From NCBI GenBank assembly GCA_964370855.1, contig CAYJMF010000001.1:5905-69904 (forward strand): a DNA stretch of 64,000 nt, written 5' to 3'. Positions 9,301-15,597 of this stretch are shown here, in pieces; the first letter of the stretch is position 1; every line of letters starts with the position of its first letter. The stretch is from an uncultured Planctomycetota bacterium. GTDB lineage: Bacteria; Planctomycetota; JAJSAM01; JAKLKS01. The position numbers and the translations under genes were made by a program. The notes beneath the pieces are model-generated. The model was not told the origin of the DNA. It saw only the letters and a program-made list of their open reading frames with translations, and ran no database searches.

Positions 9301-11002
9301 GGCTGGATAGACTCGCTCCGATGCCCGGGGAGAACGGGCTAGGCGTCAAGACCCCACCTGAGACCTGAAGTTGTTTCGGAAGCAGAGAGAGCGAGTTCCC
9401 AAGCGGTTCGATGTTCAATTCACCTCTGCCAGCTGCCAACCACGATGGCCGGCTTGGCATTCCAGGCTCCGAGCCCATCAGGCCCATTTTCGTTCCCGCC
9501 GGTTCGCCACCGAACGACACTTGGATGACTTCCCCTCCTGTGACGCGCTGCAGGACTCCCCCTCCTTCATCGGGCCTAGCATAAATCAAATCGTTGACTT
9601 GGCGGACTCCGTCGACATCCTCATCACCAACGACGCCGAAGTCATGCACGCCAGCGTCCTCTTGCCAGTCCACACTCCACGGCTCGCTGTGAGGTGAATG
9701 GAATTCGGTTAACCACTTTGCGCCCCTGTGTCCATCATCCAGGCTTGGTCCGGGTGTTGCGAGGACACCTCCGCCTGGACCAAGGTCAGAGCCTCCGAGG
9801 TCAAAGTCTCCTGAAGTCGGAGGAGCCAGAACCGGAGGAAACCAGGGTCTCTCGAACCTGCTCGGGTCCACTGCGGCTATTACCGAGTCCTGTGGAGAAA
9901 GATAGGGTTCTGCTCTGAACTCCCGGAGTGGGCTGGAGTGAACCGGTGTAATCGTCGAGAGGATTGGTACTGAGGGAGGCTGCGTACTCGAATCGGCTAC
10001 CCCAGCTCCCGTGGTTCCTCCCGGCGGCCTATGGCCCTCTTCCTCTCTCCTTCGGGGCGGAGGCTCATCCGGAAGCGAAGGCAGCGGTCCACCGGACATC
10101 TGCCCTGCAGGAGACGCAAGGGGCTGGCCGCCGGCCACTTCAGAATCTGGCTCCTCATCCGTACGACGCCCGGCGACTGTTACGCCTCCGGAACCAGTAC
10201 CCTTCATCCTCTCTGGTTCCTGGGCCTCCTTTGGCGCTGCCTTTGATGCCAGAGGCGCATGGGAATCACCGGGGAGTTCCACTTCCTTCCCAACCACGGA
10301 GTGTCCCCCAGCCACTCTCAGCCCTGCCACCGACTCCTGCGGTCGCCCTCCGCCCATTGATTGGCCGGAGATACCTTCACCTGCAGGGTCCGCTCCTCCG
10401 GGTCCAGGTGCCATTCGAAAGCCCTGCTCACCGTAGCCCCTCGTAAGTTGCCCAGAGAACATTGAACCTGGGAAAGCACAGGCACCCGTAGGATGGCCCG
10501 AGCATGTACCAGGAGAATTCGGAACTGTGAAGGTGAGCGCCCACAGGGGCGCCACCTCCGGAGGAGGCGACGCGCCCTCGGCAACCTGTCCTTTAGGAGG
10601 AGTGCCCAGGTCAGGAGTGACACGGTCCATCCCTGCCGGCTCTTGGGGGGGGGTGAAAGGCGCATGCGTAGGCAGGCAGTCGCACTTCGCCACACACTTC
10701 TGTCCGCCCCCTTTCCCCACGACATCCTGCTTCGGTACGTCGAATTGCGCGTCCTTGATAGGGAGCGGGGCGCCCTTGGGCGATAAGGCCCCGGCTCCAT
10801 CGCCACCCCCGGCTTGGGAATCTGCCGGAGCCTCGCTCTGGTTCCCCTTGGCGCTTGGTGGGCTAGCCTGCTGCGGTTTCTGGTCCTTCCTGGTGTCCGG
10901 AGGCGTGACTACAGGCTCAGGGCTCCCCTCGCGGGGGGGGGATTCGCATCCCTCGCACCCGCAGTCACCCGAACTTCCTCCGGCACCGGTATTGCAGGCC
11001 AT
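6341..11002 (-). CDS. giant (1553 aa) protein: Gly/Pro/Ser-rich N-terminus, ~600-aa Ala/Lys/Glu/Arg coiled-coil stalk, Cys-rich linker, C-terminal DUF2235 (Tle1-like alpha/beta-hydrolase, predicted lipase/phospholipase) domain
   Basis: AGAGGAG SD upstream of the ATG at 11002. C-terminal region has LWLGFFFEGGRNRGN, the nucleophile elbow IDIMGWSRGAIMAMYIAGFI (GxSRGA) and VRFIGLIDPVDS, which match the DUF2235 triad of signature motifs (FDGTxN / GFSRGA / FLGVWDTV). The central region is a heptad-like Ala/Lys/Glu/Arg repeat (AKEEYAQAKADLDY..., DRAKEAAIVADRAARDAERAAKRGDAEAYRRAKERADRLQ...). The lipase-domain DNA (about 6341-7400) is visibly lower GC (~52-55%) than the flanks. Confidence 0.8.
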   Translation of the reverse strand: MACNTGAGGSSGDCGCEGCESPPREGSPEPVVTPPDTRKDQKPQQASPPSAKGNQSEAPADSQAGGGDGAGALSPKGAPLPIKDAQFDVPKQDVVGKGGGQKCVAKCDCLPTHAPFTPPQEPAGMDRVTPDLGTPPKGQVAEGASPPPEVAPLWALTFTVPNSPGTCSGHPTGACAFPGSMFSGQLTRGYGEQGFRMAPGPGGADPAGEGISGQSMGGGRPQESVAGLRVAGGHSVVGKEVELPGDSHAPLASKAAPKEAQEPERMKGTGSGGVTVAGRRTDEEPDSEVAGGQPLASPAGQMSGGPLPSLPDEPPPRRREEEGHRPPGGTTGAGVADSSTQPPSVPILSTITPVHSSPLREFRAEPYLSPQDSVIAAVDPSRFERPWFPPVLAPPTSGDFDLGGSDLGPGGGVLATPGPSLDDGHRGAKWLTEFHSPHSEPWSVDWQEDAGVHDFGVVGDEDVDGVRQVNDLIYARPDEGGGVLQRVTGGEVIQVSFGGEPAGTKMGLMGSEPGMPSRPSWLAAGRGELNIEPLGNSLSLLPKQLQVSGGVLTPSPFSPGIGASLSSHGANLLAGIAGVASRGPGGGGVGAVQRAGEAENNADEAFERMVKAEEVVKDLTEQYNRAIQEEEDSIRKRVILGEVKREDEQSEDTAWLARIEQSVAFYGAVFKGALKKEVELATKLERAKEEYAQAKADLDYWTLDALKSGFEASQQSTAPSSDILRLIEQAAQRRAQQREREREHDEQYRDPEGLRKAREVRYQAQGLRSAAAERESRLRDAENDADPAVVARARAASDRAKEAAIVADRAARDAERAAKRGDAEAYRRAKERADRLQQEAADLLAESDRERQARLAVERAKQEKADAEKRGDTLAAERAQKRIDDYEKEYKEITEKEGGAGGAEGATQAAEALAAAKRQRRADLERAAEDPLFREGVKHGDTAQKFNRAADKHEARAKEFAAKAEKASTKAAQDYYSKKAKEETEKSNKAKEQANTAKKKELELKALANKKELDRLQKKADEERAKRDPMFREAMAHRAEAEKNRKRAGEARKQGDYYRKKADQAAKEGRWAAVAFYQEKAARADKAADDYDRKADEEEQEGEDKKKRADETEEEWKKRKEEERKKKAPQDDAVVPLGTWPNCGPPPKCKDMDPPCPPTTVCNNATCQWEPSDPAEKGKGGAGESPPDIGQPGSMGPPPSGGDTPLMDGQRKLTGDSVAGIGLPGAADSVTAVAQQGPPVPAQDDKPVPPQKKVEEAPVSEEPKVPEKPKQPPDQATTEGVRSATRDSKEGVKDPCKKDLWLGFFFEGGRNRGNAPYTNTTIQGQRDSYKKTAEGKGATGETFYDTFEVSATVPDTLGKGLLKDTNEFMAVWHKAMAWYCSKVCAYLEAGCDKDRIKIDIMGWSRGAIMAMYIAGFISKAGCRCKGNKILGAGLKVRFIGLIDPVDSGLMDHSDMAQMRGHTHVSFPPAFSSNIDSRPYGLPGNIQNAFVGYMSKYSKLGQLVFRADSVILAPSTRDLGGGKTYDAKHEDSGWVGTDGGVGTDLGEAFRNAAR

Positions 11003-11014
11003 CGCTCCTCTATG

Positions 11015-11374
11015 CTAGCTCAGCCGCTGCTCGAGGAACCCCACCGCCCACCCGGTCAGGACGGGATCAGACCCCGCGATCGTGATCTTGAGCCGGAACC
11101 AGCGCCTCGTCAGGGTCGCGGACATCTGGACCTCGGTGCTGGCCCCGACCGCGGTGGGACCGCCTCCCGTGCAGGTCGACCAGCTGTTCTGATCCGTCGA
11201 CTCCTGCGCGGTCACGCTCCAGGTCGCTCCCGCCGGGACGTCGGGTCCGCGCCAGAGGCTCAGGAGGGCAGTCTGGTACTCCGTCACGTCCATGGCGATC
11301 GTGTAGAAGTCCGTCGCCCCTGCGAACGTGGTGAACCGCGGCACCATCACGACCGGCACGAGCTCGCCCGCCAT
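11015..11374 (-). CDS. small beta-rich protein, paralog family member 1 (PRFT...WRGP...GGG...WFRLKITI...WAVGFLEQRL)
   Basis: 119 aa from ATG 11374 with AGGAGG SD. Shares conserved blocks with the ORFs at 11480, 12363, 12762, 13444 and 13740. Its stop is 13 nt upstream of the giant gene's start. Confidence 0.7.
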   Translation of the reverse strand: MAGELVPVVMVPRFTTFAGATDFYTIAMDVTEYQTALLSLWRGPDVPAGATWSVTAQESTDQNSWSTCTGGGPTAVGASTEVQMSATLTRRWFRLKITIAGSDPVLTGWAVGFLEQRLS

Positions 11375-11479
11375 CTCTTCCTCCTGGGCTCTTGGCCCTG
11401 TCCTGCATCTCACCAGAAACCGTCGTTACCAGGGCCGGCCTCGTTCAGCGCATGCCACGAGCCGTTACCCTACCATCTC

Positions 11480-11848
11480 CTAGACCAGTCGCTGCTCCAA
11501 GTACCCCGTTGCCCACACCGTCACCGCGGCATCCGAGCTTGTGCCCAACGGCAGGTCGATCTTCATCCGCAGCCACCGGCGCCTGAGGTTCTGAGCGATG
11601 ATAGTTGTCAGGTCCTCCCCCGGATCAACCGGGGACCCGAGATCCTGCCATGTTTCCGCATCGTGCGAGTGCTGAAGGACCACGCTGAAAGTCCCTCCAC
11701 CCTGTACGGGACCGCGCCACACTGTCAGGACACAACGGGAGTATCTGTCGACCTGGAGCGCTACCGTCACGAAAGAACTGTTCCCGAAGTACGATGTAAA
11801 GCGCGGAGCCATGACGAGTGGGACCTGAACACCCTTGGGCTGTGCCAC
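11480..11848 (-). CDS. small beta-rich protein, paralog family member 2
   Basis: 122 aa; GTG start with GGGAGG SD. Motifs LVMAPRFTSYFG, VWRGPVQGGGTFSV, RRWLRMKIDL, VWATGYLEQRLV align to paralog 1. Confidence 0.7.
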   Translation of the reverse strand: MAQPKGVQVPLVMAPRFTSYFGNSSFVTVALQVDRYSRCVLTVWRGPVQGGGTFSVVLQHSHDAETWQDLGSPVDPGEDLTTIIAQNLRRRWLRMKIDLPLGTSSDAAVTVWATGYLEQRLV

Positions 11849-11937
11849 TTCAACCTCCCGTTTGGTCTGCCGACCGGTCGCGGCTCTTCACTTCCGTTGG
11901 AACCCGGCGTCGCACGTCAAGCACTCTAGACATCGTC

Positions 11938-12300
11938 CTAGGTGAACTCGATAACAACGACCTGAACGGGAGCGACAAGACCTACGCCGTCGATTTCCCC
12001 CTCGTAGGTTACTCCCGCGGGGAAGGTGAACAGCCCTCCCGGAGGCACGAGGAGGTCCGTAACCAGGACGGGGCCGACACCCAGTCGGATATTCAGGGGA
12101 TTCACGGGGTCCAAGTTCTGGATCAAGACCTGGAACCTCCCTTGAAGCGGCGCAGCAATCGCCATGCTCGCTCCGACGAGGTAGTAGTTCGTCGTTACCC
12201 CGGAGATGGCACCGCGCACGGTGAGCTCGCCCTTCGTACCAACGAGCATCCCCGTCCCGAGTCCTTTCAGGCCGTCTTGGATCATATTGAATTCCGGCAT
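11938..12300 (-). CDS. small Gly-rich beta protein, not a member of the paralog family
   Basis: 120 aa; ATG with GGGAGG SD. Gly/Val-rich (GLKGLGTGMLVGTKGELTVRG...FTFPAGVTYEGEIDGVGLVAPVQVVVIEF). Embedded within the paralog array and co-oriented with it. Confidence 0.65.
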   Translation of the reverse strand: MPEFNMIQDGLKGLGTGMLVGTKGELTVRGAISGVTTNYYLVGASMAIAAPLQGRFQVLIQNLDPVNPLNIRLGVGPVLVTDLLVPPGGLFTFPAGVTYEGEIDGVGLVAPVQVVVIEFT

Positions 12301-12362
12301 CTCGCCTCCCTATGACCGCTTCTTCGTCGGAACTTCCAGCTCCGAACTCCCGTGGCCTGGTT

Positions 12363-12731
12363 CTAAGCCCCAGACCTCTTGTCGAAGTCGCCCACGGCCC
12401 AGCATGTGTACCCGGGATCAGGAGCCCCCCCGGTGATCGTGATCTTCAAGCGCAGCCACTCCGTCTCGAGCGCCGCGAACGCCTGTGCCACCTCCTGCTC
12501 ATCAGCAGGCGTGAAGGGAGTCCCTTCCGAGGTCCAAATCACCAGATCGGGAGATTTCTCGACCTGGACGGAAAACGTCGGAGTACCACCACCGATGGTC
12601 ATCCCCTTCCACACACTCATGTTTGCAGAGGAGTACTGCCGCACGTTCACGGGAGCAGTGGCGTACTCCATCGCTCCGGATAGGCTCGTGAACCTGGGCA
12701 GAAGCACGATCTTGTCCACATCGGCAGCCAT
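12363..12731 (-). CDS. small beta-rich protein, paralog family member 3
   Basis: 122 aa; AAGGAGG SD. IVLLPRFTSLSG, VWKGMTIGGGTPTFSV, EWLRLKITITGG, YTCWAVGDF. Confidence 0.7.
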   Translation of the reverse strand: MAADVDKIVLLPRFTSLSGAMEYATAPVNVRQYSSANMSVWKGMTIGGGTPTFSVQVEKSPDLVIWTSEGTPFTPADEQEVAQAFAALETEWLRLKITITGGAPDPGYTCWAVGDFDKRSGA

Positions 12732-12761
12732 CGTAAGACCTCCTTCATACTGACCTGTGCC

Positions 12762-13133
12762 CTACCGCAGAAGGCCCTCGGCCCAGCACGTTACGCGAGT
12801 GTTCGAACCGTAAATGACGATTCGCAATCTGAACCACCGAAGCCGGAACCCATAGCTGAAGAACCTGCCGTCCGTACCGGGGTCAATCCCGTATGCTGAC
12901 GTGCCCGCTCCCGTAATCCAGTCCTGGCCGTTTAGCGATTCCTCGATGTACATCGTGAATGTCGGAGTAGCCCCACCTCCGAGAGGCCCGCGTCGGAATT
13001 CGAATTCGGCCGACGCGTATTCTGAGATATCCAGTGGCTGGGTCGTGAAGACGAACGAACCGGGCGTCGTTCCCTTGCCGACAAGCGTCGTGAACCTCGG
13101 GAGCAGCGTCAGAGCCGACTTCGCATACCCCAT
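12762..13133 (-). CDS. small beta-rich protein, paralog family member 4
   Basis: ATG 13133 (MGYAKS...) with AGGAGGAG SD; the track ORF extends to 13169. LTLLPRFTTLVG, FRRGPLGGGATPTFTM, RWFRLRIVIYG, VTCWAEGLL. Confidence 0.7.
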   Translation of the reverse strand: MGYAKSALTLLPRFTTLVGKGTTPGSFVFTTQPLDISEYASAEFEFRRGPLGGGATPTFTMYIEESLNGQDWITGAGTSAYGIDPGTDGRFFSYGFRLRWFRLRIVIYGSNTRVTCWAEGLLR

Positions 13134-13443
13134 TCGCCTGCTCCTCCTATGGGCGACAAGTGTGAGCATTGACGCAAACGGTTGACGGATTCAAGACGAA
13201 GTCATTGCTGCCTTGCCTTTCGCGGCGACTCGAGTCCTCGCTGTCCAGACCGATGGTCTCCGCATATTCGGGCCTCCGCCTGGAATGGCCTTGGGCGTCG
13301 CCGAGCTGGGGCATGTCCAGAGGAGGCGCGGGGAACTCGGACCAGGACCGCCTTGCGGGAGCAGATGCGCGCGACAAGTCTCTGGTTCTGCCATCGACAG
13401 CTTGTGCCGGCATGGGTGTTATCCCTACGGGTCTCGAAGGCAC

Positions 13444-13743
13444 CTACCTGTCCCCTTCTCTGAACCAGCGCACTCTCATGCGCGCATCTCCGCCGAATTG
13501 CCGCAGCCGCAACCGTCCCCAAGAAGTCCCCTGCGGTCGGCAGGGAACCGATTGCCGCTGGCCAGGGGACACGACTCCGGAGAGTATCCCGGTCCAGAAC
13601 GACTTGTCCTCGCTACCCTCCAGGACGAAATCGACTGCCCCGGTGTACTGTGGGACGGATTCGACCGCTTCGATGTAGACGACGCCTCCCGCCCTGCAGT
13701 CGAACGGCTCGGTGACGAACTCGTTCGCTTGTTCCACGTTCAC
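13444..13743 (-). CDS. divergent paralog family member 5 (lacks the N-terminal PRFT block)
   Basis: 99 aa; GTG start with GGGGAGGA SD. Its start overlaps the upstream gene's stop (GTGA). VDFVLEGSEDKSFWT and WGRLRLRQFGG...RVRWFREG align with the TFSV...W and WLRLKITITGG...CWAVG blocks of members 1-4. Confidence 0.55.
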   Translation of the reverse strand: MNVEQANEFVTEPFDCRAGGVVYIEAVESVPQYTGAVDFVLEGSEDKSFWTGILSGVVSPGQRQSVPCRPQGTSWGRLRLRQFGGDARMRVRWFREGDR

Positions 13744-14150
13744 TCCTCCCCACCATCCTTGGTGCGCTCCCCTGTCCTGCGTCGGCGCACGGAGGACTGC
13801 CTTCGACTGGCCCTCCCCATCACGGACGGACGGTGGGGCCCGGACCGCGCGGACACGCGCTTCTGGCTCATTGTCGGGAGCTCGTCGGAACCTCGTTCGG
13901 TGTCGTCCGTCTGGATGATCCGGATTGTGAGCTTGCGCCCTATGGGGATGGAGATGGCGCGGAAGGCCGAGACATCGATGAACGCCTGTACTTCATTGCT
14001 TCCGACGATCGTCGAGTATCGCGGGTAGAACTCGAGGGGTACGACCTTCGCATGGGAGGGCTCGGGGGAACGCTTGCGGAAGTCACGCCTCCCTCTCGCC
14101 TTGGCGGCACGCCTCTCCTTGTTTGACTCCTGCCGTGGTCGCGCGCTCAT
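13740..14150 (-). CDS. divergent paralog family member 6 with basic N- and C-terminal tails
   Basis: ATG 14150 (MSARPRQ...) with GGGAGG SD 5 nt upstream; the track ORF extends to 14216. VVPLEFYPRYSTIVG resembles the LLPRFTxxxG block. Highly basic termini (RRAAKARGRRDFRKR; RRQSSVRRRRTGERTK). First gene of the operon. Confidence 0.55.
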   Translation of the reverse strand: MSARPRQESNKERRAAKARGRRDFRKRSPEPSHAKVVPLEFYPRYSTIVGSNEVQAFIDVSAFRAISIPIGRKLTIRIIQTDDTERGSDELPTMSQKRVSARSGPHRPSVMGRASRRQSSVRRRRTGERTKDGGEE

Positions 14151-14291
14151 TCGACCTCCCTTGCGTCCATTGTCGTTCCTGAGTTCCTGTGTAGGCCATG
14201 GCCCCGCTGTCGTCAACTCACCTTTGGAGCGGGGCCTTCACCGTTGGAGCGGACCCCGCTCGAGAGGTTCCACCCGCCCGCATCAATGGCC

Positions 14292-15107
14292 TCACTCGAT
14301 TGGGAAGGGGATGTTTCGCCTAGTGTAGGCTCGATTCAGGGAATAGGCATTCGCGAGGCCAACGGATGCGGCGATCTGACTCTCGCCACGTTGGAGGCGG
14401 ACCCCACTCTGCACCCTTGCGTGAAAGAACTCCCAAGCGACTTCTTCGGGGGGTAGACCTACGGTCGATATGCAGAGACGCTTGAGGACATGGCGATTCA
14501 CTCCGAGTGCTCTGGCCCAGGACTTCACCTGGAAGTCCGACCCCACTTTTAGGGTGAGGAGCGCCTTTCGCATCTTCTCCCTCTTGGAAAGGAGACTGAA
14601 GGGCTTCTCGTCGGAGAGATCCGCGCCTCCGTTCCGGCAGGCCGCCGCAATCCTCTGCGAGATCTCTCCTTCGGGAACGAATTCGATGGGGCATCTGCGC
14701 GCCCAGTCGGCGACCACATGGGCGGGGCAGTCGGGTGCGTCGGCGAAGGAGGTGCAACCGGGCCGTTTCAGGAGTGAAGCGACTACCGAGGGTCTGAGCC
14801 GCATGAGCGCCTCGACCCCGAGGACCACCACATGAGGGCCGGACTGGAACTCCAGCACATGAAGGAGCCTTCGGGCTTCTACCCTGATTGCCGAAAGGTG
14901 GTGACCGTCGAGATTCAAGTCGACGACGCCTGCCAGGATGAGCGGCACGGAAACGGCCGCAACCGATGCCATAGCTTCCAACAATGCAGCCATGGATTCG
15001 CTGGCTGGAGCGACATCGAGGGCATTGGCCTTGCCCCTTCGGGGCTGGAGGCTGGCCGCTGCGGGAGAACCACCTCTTGTGGGGCGATCGCCGCCTTTCA
15101 GTGCCAT
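14292..15107 (-). CDS. AraC/XylS-family transcriptional regulator
   Basis: C-terminal double HTH (VKSWARALGVNRHVLKRL ... IAASVGLANAYSLNRAYTRR) typical of the AraC family. Start ambiguous (15107 or 14993; track ORF to 15218). Confidence 0.6.
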   Translation of the reverse strand: MALKGGDRPTRGGSPAAASLQPRRGKANALDVAPASESMAALLEAMASVAAVSVPLILAGVVDLNLDGHHLSAIRVEARRLLHVLEFQSGPHVVVLGVEALMRLRPSVVASLLKRPGCTSFADAPDCPAHVVADWARRCPIEFVPEGEISQRIAAACRNGGADLSDEKPFSLLSKREKMRKALLTLKVGSDFQVKSWARALGVNRHVLKRLCISTVGLPPEEVAWEFFHARVQSGVRLQRGESQIAASVGLANAYSLNRAYTRRNIPFPIE

Positions 15108-15597
15108 CCCATCCTCGGACTTCATGCACTTGTTCCCTGTCTGCGAGGAACTCCCCGGACCGGCATCCTCGAACTCTCCATCAGTTCCTCTCTCCCCGGC
15201 GCCGGTGGAACCCGGCACTTTCGATTCGTCCTTTTGTCCGCAGTTGCCTCCGCGGCGGCGCGCCCAATGCGCCCCACTGGAGATAGAACGCCCGAGACCC
15301 GCAAATCTGTCGCGGGATCCCGAGAATCTTCCGCAAACCTCCTATCCTCCGGGCCGGCCCCGCCCACCCCCGGGGCCCTACACCCCCCCAGAGGCATTGA
15401 ACCCGCCCCGGAATCGAAAAGGGCCGCTGACCACAGACCGTCCCCCTGCCGGGATGCACTGCCCCCCCGACGAGGGGGACCGCTGCCTGTGTCAGCGGCC
15501 CTTCGAGAGGGACCTTAACGAGAGGCCGGTCCGGAAGTCAAGCGCCTGTTTCGATGCCGGGAGTGCCCCCAGCGTGCGCTGGTCGCCCCGGGCCGGA

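Noticed and set aside
6341-11002. T6SS Tle1 effector
   Set aside because: The DUF2235/Tle1-like domain is present, but no Hcp, VgrG, PAAR, DUF4123 or other T6SS genes occur in 64 kb, and the protein is about twice the size of typical Tle1. I kept the toxin interpretation but not the T6SS route.
6341-14216. Prophage tail module (small head-tail proteins followed by a tape-measure protein carrying a hydrolase domain)
   Set aside because: Small proteins preceding a long coiled-coil protein mimic siphophage layout. But there are no capsid, portal, terminase, tail-tube or baseplate genes anywhere in the window. The small proteins are mutual paralogs, unlike head-tail connectors. The giant protein's N-terminal 550 aa is Gly/Pro-rich, not TMP-like, and a TM immunity-like gene follows the lipase domain.
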